A stretch of DNA of 63,050 bases, filler included, from Polymyxa betae A26-41 (Eukaryota > Protista > Endomyxa: Phytomyxea), in assembly GCA_003693705.1 (NCBI GenBank). It is 5 parts of 5 records of this genome, joined end to end, with 100 filler letters (N's around TTAATTAATTAA, not from the genome) between each part and the next. Parts side by side here need not be neighbours in the genome. Positions count along the whole stretch, not along the records: positions 9,914 to 23,005 come from RBZT01000523.1; positions 23,106 to 34,666 come from RBZT01000293.1; 3 more parts are not named here. One strand, 5' to 3'. Position numbers and translations under genes: made by a program. The notes beneath the pieces were generated by a model. The model worked only from the letters and a program-made list of their open reading frames with translations. It was not told where the DNA came from and ran no database searches. Below are positions 12,311 through 23,898 of this stretch, one piece after another (positions within the stretch are counted from its first letter, which is position 1; each line of letters begins with the position of its first letter).

Positions 12311-12649
12311 TTCGAAGCCATTTCATAATCGATGCAAACAATTATCCGACAGAGAATTACCAGTTTTCGGCTCATGCGCTTTTGAATGTGATATCAATGC
12401 TTGTCGGGACATGCATTTCTTTGAACACTGGGAGCAATCAAATTGATCTTTTGTCGTCATAGGACATTTTCGGGAAACAAATATTTCTCCAGAAGATTTT
12501 GACTTTAACAGCGCGGGTCCAAAATATTTGTGTAATGTAGCCTGGGACGTTTCAGTCGAGGCTGCCGTGGAGCTGCTTTTTGGGCCTAGTTAAACATTGT
12601 TAGAAGTCCGCGTTGGAAAGATCCCCCATGATTATCAATTGATTTTTGA

Positions 12650-14754
12650 CGAAAGTGATCTGGTCGCGGATATGTGGGTGGAAGTTGCTATATGTATCAG
12701 TTGAGCTCATTTCAATACATGCTTTTATCGAAGCTTTAAACATACACCTAGACAGGCGATTGATTGAGGAGGTGGGCTGCAAAAGCATTTATGTAGCTAA
12801 GTAAACGTTCCACGATCGACATCTATTCGCCATTGCACACCGATCGGGAAAGGGCCGTGTGGTTACATTGATTTGTTCCAATCCGCGCCTAGGTTGGGGT
12901 TGGCAGGTGTTTAAAACATTGCTGACCTTATAACAGACGTGTGGATCTATCGGAACAAACCCGCCATGATGACAGCACCAGATGTGCATCCTCTTATTCT
13001 GGATACGCTGGATCGTAATACTGTAGCCTTGACTTCAGCACAGGGAGGTTTCGAAAGGCATGCTGTTCGAGCAGGATCTTCTCTTGTGACTTCAACAGTC
13101 GCCTATGGAGTACTCTGTATTGTAGATCTCAAGCACAGCCTGAAGAGCAAACCATATTGTCTGCAATTGGAATACAAGCGTTCCAGGAAGACACCTCAGC
13201 AATTGGACACGTTGCTTCCCTGCGAACCAAATCTGCAGCAGAATTGAAGCAGATGCTGCGTGAGCGATCGATGCAGCGTTCCGGCAATAAGGAGGCATTG
13301 ATTGAGCGCCTGCTGAACGCCCCACTTCGTCCTGTAAACGTAATCACACGCCTGATGAAAAAATGGTTCATGAAGCCTATCAACAATTCTTTCCTAAAGC
13401 TGGGAAGTGCCAATGAGATCTACATTCTTCAAGCCCTTCCAGCATTTTTCGCCCAGTTTGGAGATGGATACAATTTGTCGGGGTCTCCTGTTCAAAAATG
13501 CCTTTTAAAGTTGAATAGGCAAAATTCGCCGCCGTTCTTGGCCACCTCCATTGATGGCTGTGCAGTCTTCAAGAATTCGAATGATGCTGGGCCGGCGTCT
13601 GAATTCATGTCAATCTTTGAATTCAAACCAGCGACGACTGCTTCCACTCAGTCGGAGGCCAATGCGAGATTGTCATCGGCCCAGTCTCTAGAACAGATTC
13701 CCAACCGACGTCTGTTCCGAACTCAGATTGGAACCAATTTGTTTCAGCTCCTTGTCTGGACGCCTCAATACAGGGCTTAAGTTCTGCATCACGTAGCGAC
13801 CACTGGAGTAATCTCTTCGTGGTAGCCACCTTGTTCACCATCCTTTATGCGGTGTTTGCCGAGTTCCCTGACGATCTTTGACTGATTTATGAAGAGTTTT
13901 TGAAGCGAGAACTGTACCCAGCTTTGACGCAATTCCACAGCTCTCCAAACGCCTATTTACCTGCATCGAGCGACTTTGGTCATGCCGTTGTTTTAGACAC
14001 TCTTCTGATTTGGAAGAAAATGGCTAACGCTTTCGTAAGGGATGTGCTTCGCCCACCGGCCTCTGATGTTGTGCCATATTGTGTCTCAAAATGGAATTAT
14101 TGTAAAGGCGGCCAGGACGTCTGCTCTCGAATCTTAAAGAATGTCAAAGGGGATTTCCGGAAACTCACCCCGAAAGGATTCGTTTGGATCCGGTTCATAT
14201 TGACCGCCCTGATGAATGCTCATATGCTGCTACGAATGTTGGAGATTGAGCCCGACCTTGATAGGTTTGAGTCATACAAAGCTCTTAAGCAAGCTTTGAA
14301 CCATCGGAGATCGTTCTTTCACTTCTTACGGGACTTCTTTGATGCCTGGCGGCCTGACTTGACATTTGTACCCAGGCGTTCCGATGTAGCATTGTTTACA
14401 CAGCAGCAGGATCTTGATGAAAACGACAATGGAACAGAGAGCCAACCTCTGCCAAAACATCCTAAAAGAAACCGGTTGAAATGGCTGCAGTCCGCCGAAG
14501 GTAAGGGGCTTCGATTATCCAGCGACCCTCACCATCGTGGCTTGAGACAGAAACGCAGTTGTGTTTTGTGCCAAGAAACCACAACTGTTTTCTGCAAAAC
14601 ATGCGATGTCAACGTTTGTGGAAACCCTGTCTTTGGATTGCAAAAGTCCTGCTGGGACAAGCTCCATACCCGTCAGAATCTGGAAGCAGTGGAGAAAGAG
14701 AAGCTTCCAGGCAATATGGGACGTCGGGGACGATCAAATCCCATACAATTGTAG
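12650..14754 (+). mobile_element. Decayed piggyBac-like transposase with internal YqaJ-like PD-(D/E)xK nuclease and SAP domain
   Basis: In order: SGRGY (~12659); LFAIAHRSGKGRVVTLICS (12823-12880); LTSAQGGFERHAVR..VTST; SAP LRTKSAAELKQMLRERSMQRSGNKEALIERLL; LKLGSANE; LATSIDG; FEFK; YRA*VLHH; WNYCKGGQD; W..FILTALMNAHML; C-terminal CVLC..CKTCDVNVC..CWDKLH. Confidence 0.68.
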
Positions 14755-15910
14755 ATGGTAAATAATACCATATCCCTGATCGGTATATAGTGTATAATAT
14801 ACACTTTTTACAGAGTTCGCAATTTTTGCCCCCAATCGTTAAAGTGTATATTATATTGCCGTTTTCAGGAATTCTGTCACTCGCCATAATAATCTCCCCG
14901 GTTAAGAAATGTCCGTGGCGGAAATTACAGCGTAGAAGCCCGGATTATGAAACATGGAAACCCCTGGTTTAAAAAAGTAAATTGACTGAGTTTTTTCTTA
15001 TCCGGGTAGATTGCTGGATTAAGAGCTTTGAGAATGCCGAAATAAAGCAAATCGAGCAAATTCGGCCACATCCAAGGGTGCCATTGTTGCCCACCTCTCC
15101 GTAGCGCTCCTTGGTTTCCCTAGTGTGTGGTTTTGAAGGCAGATTTGGGATTTTTGCACAACTTTCTTCATGTTTGGGCAAGATTATCGATGGAGATGCC
15201 TCGTTCTGTATTATGTCTATTCGTGTTCAATGGAAAATGTGTCTTTGACTATGGGGGTTTCAAAAAGGTCTTTACGAAGATGGGTGGAATTATTCAAGAG
15301 GACCGGGACTGTTGTCAACACTGATCCGCGTCAACGATCAGCTCGTTGGCCTGTTGACGTTTATTCATTTGTGAAAGATTTCGCTGAAAGCAATCCTTGT
15401 TTCTATATTGAGGAGCTGCAAAAACAACTCATGGAGAACTTTCCAGATCTTCAAAATATTTCGATTTCGACAATTTGTCGTGCCTTACGTCACGATTTGA
15501 AACTTTCTAGGAAAGTCCTGGAAAAGCGAGCCAGAGAGTGTTCCCTTTCACTTGAAGGAATAATTTTACGAACTTTCTGCTTTATATTCTTTCCCAGAGC
15601 AAATGATTTTTATTGACGAATCGAGCAAAGATGGCAGAGATGTCTGAGAAGGCACGGATGGTCGAGAATCAATACTCCAGCGATTGCATATCAACCTTTC
15701 TCACGAGCTGGACGTGTGTCGGTTTTAGCAACGTTCGATACGACTGGATTTTGTGCTTGGGAATGTACGGAAGGCACTTTCACCCGACAAAAGTTCAACG
15801 GCGCTTTTGTAAAGAACATCGCGCCTTTGTTACAGCTTTGGCCGATGCCGCGGAGCATTGTAGTACTGGATAATGCCAGAATCCACATGTACGCTGAGCT
15901 GGAGGAGGTT

Positions 15911-16211
15911 TGTTCGACAGCAGGGCTGAAGGACCCGGGTCATAATCGAAAGATAGAAAGGAAGACGTTACAGGAAGAGAGTAAATAGATGAAATGAATG
16001 TATTATGGGCTCGATGGCCATTATATATGAATCATAGAATAGGGCACTGTCATATATGTAATAAACTCCGCCACGGACTTACCATGCAAGCTGCTGGCAC
16101 TGTTGGCATCACTGTGTCCCTGTGGGCGATATGCAGGGTTGCGCTGTCTGTTGTGTGTGGCCATGCGTCGAACCAGGGTCCACGACCAGGGTAGCAGGTT
16201 GGAATTCAACA
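15911..16211 (-). repeat. Copia 3' LTR; polypurine tract at 16212-16221
   Basis: TG..CA ends. The minus strand reads GAGGGGGCG immediately before TGTTGAA. About 15 mismatches in 301 bp versus the 5' LTR (manual count). Confidence 0.96.
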
Positions 16212-19200
16212 CGCCCCCTCAAGCTGGTATCCGGAGATTTAACGATCTCTTTCATGCAAAGTTTAAACTTGGAGGTTATTGTAGGCTTTGTAAACATATC
16301 TGCGATCATTCTTTCTGTCGGAACATAGTGAACTTGAACTTGGCTTTTCCTGATTTGTTCTCGAACATAATGGTATTTAACATCTATATGATTCGTTCGA
16401 TTGTCGGTTCTGTTGTTGCTGCTGACTGCAATGCATCCTTTGTTGTCTTCTGCAATCAATGTGGGTCCATTCGGGGAAAATCCAATTTCAATGAATAGCT
16501 GCCTTAACCAGGTAGCCTCGCAAACTGTTGCACATTATTCGGATTCCACGGACGATAGGCTGGTTGAGGATTGCAACTTTGATTTCCATGCTACAGGACC
16601 ACCAGCAAGCATGAAGATATAGCCTGTCGTGGAGCGGCGTGTGTCTGGATCTCCTGCCCAGTCAGCATCAGAGTAGGCATGGAGTTGTTCTTGGCCAGAT
16701 TGTTTGGTGAATGTTATCCCCCACGATTTAGTTCCAGATAAATACCGTACGACCCTTTGGGCTGCTTTCCAATGTTGAGAATCGACATAGGATCCCAACA
16801 GAAGTGGTTATATCAGGACGGGTGTTAGTTGATATCGAATTTAGATTTCCGACCAGTTCAGCGTACGGAACGGATTGCATATCTATCTTTTCTTCTGCAG
16901 TACTGGGACACATAGAGGTAGTCGGGTACACTCCGGGTGTCTCAAATGGTTTGCAATCAGTCATCCTGAACCTTGCGAGGAGCTCTTCAAAGTACTCCGT
17001 CTGGTTGATAAAGATGGTGCATTGGTTTTGTCACGATGGATGTGTACTCCCAAGATCCTTGACGGGTCGCCAAGATCAGAAACCTCCCATTTCAGAGAGA
17101 ATTGATGAATTATTGACTGACAAAGATCATTATTGTTGTAGGCGAGCAGAATATCGTCAACGTGGACTCCTAAGAGGACAATGCTGTCTTTCTGTCTGAG
17201 AACGTAAATGCATGGGTCGGATACCGCTGGTCGAAACTTAAGGTCGTTGACCAGAAAGCTGTCCAGTTGCTGGTTCCATATCATACCAGCTTGCTTCAGT
17301 CCATACAGAGCCTTGTTGAGCTTGCAAACTGCACGTTCATGGCCGGGGACAATAAATTGGTCGGGTTGTTTCATGGGCAAACGTTTCATCATTATTCAAT
17401 TCCTGCCCGTTGGGAGAAGCCCTTGACCACCAGCCTGGCCTTGAAAATTTACGTATTGATCCGTCTCCGGTCTGGTTCGGCTTGATATTAAAAACCCATT
17501 TGCACGATATTGCTTTTCTTCCTGGGGGCAGTTGTTCGAGGGTCCATGAGTTAAAGGCCTCTAATTGCTGCATTTCTTTAGCCATAGCATCATACCAATG
17601 GCCAGCACATGATGATGATAAAGCTTCTGGGACAGACGAAGGCACTTTTACTTGCGAAATTGTGAGCGTCTGAATGTCCGGCCTTGACAGTTGGTCTTTG
17701 CTGATTGAGCATGTTAGATTGGCTTGTTTTGTACTTGTAGCTTTCTAAATTCTTGTGGGGGACGGCGCTCCCTCTGACTCCTGCGAAGATTTGGTTGATG
17801 CTGTGTTATAGCCAGCTGATTAGGTGAGATTGCATCGGATCGTTCCTCGCCCACTGCCGAATCTGGGGTTGAACGAGAGTCTCCTTCTTCAGGCTCCACC
17901 AACTGCTGGAGGTTAGATGCTTCAGGTGTGCCGGTGTGCTTTGGAGGGGAATGTGAGAAAGTTTTTATTGTCCGCTGAATGTGGATCCAGAGCTTTTTTG
18001 CCAAGTGCAAAATCAAAATGGTCTTCGTCGAACACGACATCCCTGCCAACAAATGTCTTCTTCGAGTCCGGGTCGTATAACAGATATGCCTTTTGGGAGT
18101 TTGCGTATCCGATATGGACAACTTGATGAGCCCGGAAATCCAGCTTCTTCCGTTGATGGTCATGAATGTGACGATAGGCATTGCAACCAAATGTACGCAG
18201 GTAACGAAGATTTGGGACTTGCTTGAATAGCGCTTGATATGGTGTGATGCGTTTTGGAAGTGATGAATGGGGCCGGCGGTTGTAGATGTGCGCAGCAGCG
18301 TTGATAGCCCATGGAAAGTATGATTGAGGAAGAACAACTTGTGCAATCATGCTCAGGGCCATGTCTGTTAGTGTCCGATTCATCCGTTCGGCAAGCCCAT
18401 TCGACTCGGAGTCGCCAGGAGCAGTTGTACGATGGTGGATGCCTTTCAGCTGCATCCATTTCTTCCCTTCAATGGATAAATATTCGCCTCCATTGTCAGT
18501 TTGGAACTCTTTGATTGATACCCCATGTCGGTTGGAGAACATCGCTTCAAATGCTTTGAGGTTCTCGAGTTGCTCCGATTTGTGTTTCATCAGAGCGACC
18601 GTGCAGAATCTGGTAAAGTAGTCGATATATGTTACGAAGTATCGATGTCCTTCGATTCCCGTTGTAGAAAACGGGCCCATGACGTCGCTGACAATGAGCT
18701 CTCCGGGAAAAGTGCTTGACGTTGCAGAACGTAATTTGAATGGTTTCCTTGCCAGTTTACCAAGAACACATGGTTCGCATAGTGTTGTCTTGTCCATGGT
18801 CAATTCTGTACCGAGCGCATCACTTTGAGAGAGGCGTTTGACGTCTTCGAGGTTTATATGAGCCAGCATTCGATGCCATGTACTCAAAGAAACGACATTG
18901 TTTACCCGAATCGGCGAAGTTTGCTTTTTCGATGTTAAAGAGGGATTCGACGTTCATTCGGTAGATGTTGTCTGGCCCTTTCTTGATATGAGATCACTTG
19001 TCCATGGGGTTCTTTACATCCTTCATGGCTGTAGATTGTGAGATACTTGCCTGATAACAGAAACTTGAGACCATGTTCGGTTGCCTGCCCAGGAGAGTAA
19101 AGGTTCTTGCCAAGGCCAGGAACATGTAACACGTCTGATAAGCAAAGCTGATTATCGCCTAGCGGAATTACACAGTGACCATGTCCTGCAGTTTTGATAA

Positions 19201-20123
19201 CGGAGTTGTCGCCAAGTTGAACATCCCAATGATCAGACGATGACGTTATGTTCAACAATGACGGCTTGTGGAAAGCCATAGGATGAGAATTGCCTGTGTC
19301 AAAGAACCATTCGTTAGTCTTCTTTCTAAATTCTCTCGTGGACGAAGATGCAGAGTGGTAAGAAGAAAACGTATTGTATTTAATATCGTTATTTGAAGAG
19401 TTCCGGGGCTTCCAGTTGGCAGGACGCAAGTGAGGGTTTTAGGTATAGCACTGTTCATTGGAGTGTGAGAGGTGAGGATGGATGCGACAGCGCTGGCGTT
19501 TGGAGACAGCCGATTGGGCTTGTTGAATGATGACCTCTTGGCCTTGTGTACTTTCCTCATTAAGCAACACAAAAGTGATTTTGGTGATCGAGAGAGTGTT
19601 GATGACTTGAGAATCCAGAGCGGTGGCCACGGTGGCATACTGGGAGTCCAGATTTGCTATAACAAGAGCAGCGACGAGTTTGTCTTCAAACGAAAGTCCA
19701 CAACTTTTCATTTCTCGGGCTTTTTGTTCAGTGCAGCCGATATATTCTTGAATTGGCCAGCTGTCTTGACTGCTGGCAATGAGGCTGCGTAATCGACATA
19801 CCATAGCAGAGAGAGATGTAGCCTGAAACATGGCATGGAGTTTCACCCAGTATGAGTGAACACTTTGCTCCGAGACCAGATGAGGAATTAGTATCAGAAA
19901 CGTTCAGCTCAATAAGACCTCTGGCCTTCATATCTTTTCGCAGCTTGTCAGCCGCAGTCGTCTCAGGGCTTGTTACTGTTTCTGGATCGAAAGAATGTGG
20001 ATCATATGTAGTAACAACATCGTAATCTTTATCTTGTAAGAGTGCAATCATGGCACGCTTCCAGTGAGGGAAGTCGTGGGAGCCTTGAAGCTTGGTGATG
20101 GAGATTGTGGGAAGGGACATGAT

Positions 20124-20131
20124 GAGAGAGG

Positions 20132-20162
<31 letters not shown>

Positions 20163-20190
20163 GAGAGAGAGAGAGGGAGAGAGGGAGAGA
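20124..20190. repeat. (GA)n/(CT)n microsatellite in the Copia 5' leader
   Basis: Imperfect GAGAGAGAGG run between the PBS and the gag ATG. Confidence 0.9.
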
Positions 20191-20194
20191 GTAT

Positions 20195-20208
20195 TGGGAC
20201 TCTTAATC
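20195..20208 (-). promoter_or_regulatory. Degenerate primer-binding site, half-tRNAiMet type
   Basis: GATTAAGAGTCCCA directly after the 5' LTR resembles GGTTATGRGCCCA of copia elements primed by the tRNAiMet anticodon-arm fragment. Confidence 0.5.
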
Positions 20209-20509
20209 TGTTCGACAGCAGGGCTGAAGGACCCGGGTCTTAATCGAAAGATAGAAAGGAAGACGTTACAGGAAGAGAGTAAATACATAAAATGAATGTA
20301 TTATGGGCTCGATGGTCATTATATATGAATCATAGAATAGGGCACTGTCATATATGCAATAAACTCCCCCAAGGACTTACCATGCAAGCTGTTGGCACTG
20401 TTGGCATCACTGTGTCCCTGTGGGTGATGTGCAGGGTTGCGTTGTCTGCTGTGTGTGGCCATGCGTCGCCCCAGGGTCCACGACCAGGGTAGCAGTTTGG
20501 AATTCAACA
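20209..20509 (-). repeat. Copia 5' LTR
   Basis: 301-bp direct repeat of 15911-16211. Confidence 0.96.
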
Positions 20510-20769
20510 GAGGTTATCCATGGCTGCTGCGTTCGAATTGTTTATCTTCCGCCCTATTCTCCTCAAATGAATACAATTGAGAAAGGATTCGGTTTTCTGA
20601 AGAAATGGTTACAAAAAGAGGCAACACTCGCGTTTCGCGAATGTCCAAAGTTGGTTTTGGATGTGGCAATGCGAGAATGCTTCAATGCTAGGCAATCAGG
20701 ACATTCTCTTTATGCTTCTTGTGGCTACGGAAGTGATTCTTTGATTCCAGAAATTTTTGGAGTTTAAAG

Positions 20770-21678
20770 TAAAGAACTGTGGTTTGTTTTAGTCAAGTCA
20801 ATCTGATAAATTATGATCCACATCTTCCATATCTTGTGCAACTGCAGCAGGAAAAGTCGGAGGCTGTTCTTAAAAAATATCTTGGTCAAAAAGAGGATAC
20901 AATGGAAGCCCCAGCAATTTTCGCAGTGTTGGCAAAAGAACTTGAAAGAGCCCGGATCTGAATTATTCCAGCGAACTGGAAGTTCGCCCCACTCCAGCGT
21001 TGCTGGATCAATAGTTTGCCGTTCACGTAAATAATCTAAACTCATCGCTAGTTGAAATGCTGAATTGTTTTGTGGTGGGCCGTCAATATCACCCTGAGCT
21101 ACTTGACGCGCACGCGCCCTGGACCAGTTATCCATCATATTGATCCTATTCGGGCATTTGAATCGCGGTCAATTGGATTTTGCTCTAAATGGCGAGAAAT
21201 TTCTTCTCGCGCCTGTGTAATACGAGCTAGCGTCGCCCGACGTCTGCCGGCGACTCGTCCGCCAGACTGTACTGGATTCGCGGACGGAGTTCATTCAGGA
21301 ATAGAGACAATTAGAGGGATCTGGATAGTATCGACAGCCCGTCGTTGTCTGCGAACTGCTTTCCCAAAAACACGACTGATTTCTGATGAAAAGTTGCCAT
21401 CATTCAGAATTTGATATTGATCCTGTCTGGATCCTATTGTAGGTCGGGGTTTGATCGCGATACGCTCGATATTGATTCGCATTGAGTTAGGTAACGTATT
21501 GCGCAGACGTTGATGAACAATAGCCTGAAGAACAGAAAATCCTTGGCTTCAATGGCAAAGCATCGATTTCGGCCTCATTTAAACGTCGACGTCTTCTCCG
21601 ACTGTCATCGCCATTATAGACAGTCAATGAAGCCACCAAAATGTCAGGAATTTCAACTTCTGGGTTACTTTGCGCCAT
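20770..21678 (-). pseudogene. Frameshifted ORF convergent on the Tc1/IS630 transposase (possible element-borne second ORF)
   Basis: MAQSNPEVEIPDILV..., RRRATLARITQAREEI..., WSRARARQ..PPQNNSAFQLAMSLD can be joined across about two frameshifts. Confidence 0.4.
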
Positions 21679-22032
21679 TGAAAAACTGGCACGCGGCTCC
21701 ATAAAATATATCCAAACGATTCGCAAACGAAATCTTAATAAAATCCGCTTTATTAGATGACAGAATCCTCTTTGAATCGAATGGCCTCTCTATGAGCCAA
21801 GAATTGCCTTATTGGAATAATCTCCGTGAATCACCCTGGATTAAGAAAAGTGCGCGCCCCGGTTTACTCTCAACATCCATAGGGCAAAATAATTGAAACC
21901 GGCAATACACTTTAACAGCTGGAAAATGGTCAACTTTGATAAAATTCTATAAAATCAACCATTAATCTAGCATCGATGAAATTTTGCAATCATATCAGGT
22001 ATGACCAAAACCCTAACACGCAAAAAACTTTG

Positions 22033-22110
22033 CGCGAAATTCGTGCTCTGGACCTCGCCATTGCTTGCTGGGCGAAATTCGTGTTCTGGACCTCGCCATT
22101 GCTTACTGGG
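22033..22110 (+). repeat. ~39-bp tandem duplication
   Basis: GCGAAATTCGTG(C/T)TCTGGACCTCGCCATTGCTT(G/A)CTGG twice. Confidence 0.85.
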
Positions 22111-22880
22111 TTTCCTGACAGTTTTAATGGCGTCCCTGGAAGAGTTTCTCGATACACACGATGATACAGCGTCCAATATCTGGAGTGACGATACTGAGGA
22201 TGATCCCATACAGTTGAGTCATGCTCAGCTGCTCAAATAGACCAATTTTCTGTCGTAACGAAGTCGCTGGATGGAAGTTTTACGACGACGCTGTTCGTGA
22301 TTTCGAACAGTTCCAGCAATCCCGAGTTTACCTGTGTTTTTATTGTGAACTGTTTTTAACTTGGTAACCTCTTCAATGCCGTTCGAGAGAGGTTACCATC
22401 AAGTAACGCTACCAACCTTAAACCTTAAACCCAAAAAAAGACCTGAGGCTATTTATGGAGCGATCGCTTGCGCCTCAAAGTGAGCGAACACGACGGCAGC
22501 GAAAGAGTCCAGAACAGGACTCCTCTGCACAATAGCAGTCTCGAACTCGATGTCAAAGAGCTAAAAAACACTGTTCTCTTATAGTGTATATTATGCACTA
22601 TAAGGCATTTCCCCAGTCGTTGCGTGGCCCCGCAAACCCTAAACCCTACCCGCGATTGCGAAGGCTCCCTTTGAGCTATAATAAAAATTTTTACATAGGC
22701 ATGTAGAGCATTACAGGAGCAGCATCAATATAGTATCGATTGGGGCTCATGAGCTCCTCAGAGGTTTCACAAATCGTTGAAAACGAACGAAAAATGCATA
22801 ATATGCACTCCACGGAGTGCGGATCAGGGATATAAGGGTTTGTGGAGTCTTCCGATTAGAACAGGTAGCAGTGATTGCAA

Positions 22881-23005
22881 AATGAATTATAGAATGAATG
22901 TATTCGATAGATTACAAGCCTTTTTATAGAGCCAAAATCGGAGGATAGCTCGGATGTCGGAGGGATTCGAATTCATCGGACATCATTGATGTTCATCGGT
23001 CCAGA
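22881..23005. repeat. Dispersed repeat, probable LTR fragment at contig end
   Basis: Matches 10174-10305. Confidence 0.6.
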
Positions 23006-23105
23006 NNNNNNNNNNNNNNNNNNNNNNNNNNNNNNNNNNNNNNNNNNNNTTAATTAATTAANNNNNNNNNNNNNNNNNNNNNNNNNNNNNNNNNNNNNNN
23101 NNNNN
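23006..23105. other. Artificial contig spacer
   Basis: N44-TTAATTAATTAA-N44. Confidence 0.97.
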
Positions 23106-23877
23106 TACCCGACCCGACTACCCGACAGTATCCGACGGTTAAAAATTTGGGTTGTATAAACCGCGCACGGATTAACGTTCAGATCCCATTTATGTATTTT
23201 GTCAAGTTGCATCCTTGCAGTCACGAATATGGCAACCCGCAAGAGCAAAGCACCCATTTCTTCACCGACGCTTTCACAACTATTCAAAAAAGAACTTCAA
23301 TATTGATTACTCTGACCTTATCGAACCTGTTTCCCTTCTGATAATCTCTAATTGGGAAAAAGTGACCGATTGGGAGAAATTGGTACTCGTGAAACAGGTC
23401 CCCACCCACCGCTACCACAGGGGCAGCTGGTGAAGATTCTTCATTTTTCACGTACATCGATGTTCTCACAATGCGTTTGTGAAGGCCAATATTGGACGAG
23501 GCCGACAATTATTTGAACTTGCGATGCGAGGATTCTTCTGTTGATCCTTTATATTACATTATATCGCATGCGATGCAGTTTCACATCTTTGTCTAAGAAG
23601 ACATTCTGTCCATTCCTGGATCGCCCGTGTCGGATTAAGAAATTTTCAACTGCGGACAATGTTTTTAGACTGCATCGACATTCCCTTCAGCCTGAGACAC
23701 TAGGTGCATTGTTATTAGGTAATAACGCACCCAATCAAGACGTTTGTACAGCGTTTCTGTGAAATTTTTCTCTCGCCATACAATTGTCGGGTAGCTACCC
23801 GACCCGACCCGGAAAATTCGGGTCGGGTTCGGGTATGGGGCTGGTATCCGACCCGACTCAACCCGATCGGAGCCCTA
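23106..23877 (+). mobile_element. Non-autonomous hAT element (TAGGGCTCCGATCGGGTT terminus, ACCCG subterminal arrays)
   Basis: Ends CCCGATCGGAGCCCTA at 23877. Dense ACCCG/CGGGT motifs at both ends. hAT dimerisation remnant FSTADNVFRLHRHSLQPETLGALL (~23644-23715). Left part matches 36962-37165 in reverse. Confidence 0.8.
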
Positions 23878-23898
23878 TATATATCCATATTATACTTA

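Larger units (their letters stand above)
15911..20509 (-). mobile_element. Full-length Ty1/Copia LTR retrotransposon (4599 bp, frameshifted)
   Basis: Order gag (KLQGSHDFPHWK), protease (WFFDTG), GAG-pre-integrase (WHRMLAH..CEPC), integrase (SDVMGP, TDNGGEY, NGLAERMNRTL), RT (KALYGLKQAG, HVDD), RNase H (YSDADWAG). Two 301-bp LTRs; GAGGTT duplicated at 15905-15910 and 20510-20515. Confidence 0.97.
15170..20767 (+). mobile_element. Tc1/IS630-family DD34E transposase interrupted by a Copia insertion
   Basis: HTH region 15170-15540, then FIDES and VVLDNARIH. Removing 15911-20515 restores the frame (ELEEV-IHG..YLPPYSPQMNTIE) with 34 residues between the second D and E. Additional frameshifts present. 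Confidence 0.88.

Noticed and set aside
12500-14910. TTAA-flanked TIRs for the piggyBac-like element
   Set aside because: TTAA sites at ~12505 and ~14902 are not followed by matching inverted sequences.
15994-16194. 66-aa ORF repeated three times (also 20292-20492 and 23938-24138)
   Set aside because: Lies wholly within the LTR on the antisense strand; the repetition is explained by LTR copies.
15911-20509. RIP-like hypermutation of repeats
   Set aside because: LTR differences are about 8 transitions to 7 transversions by manual count, not a C-to-T excess.
20770-21678. Fanzor/TnpB nuclease next to the Tc1/IS630 transposase
   Set aside because: No RuvC D-E-D motifs or properly placed zinc finger recognisable.
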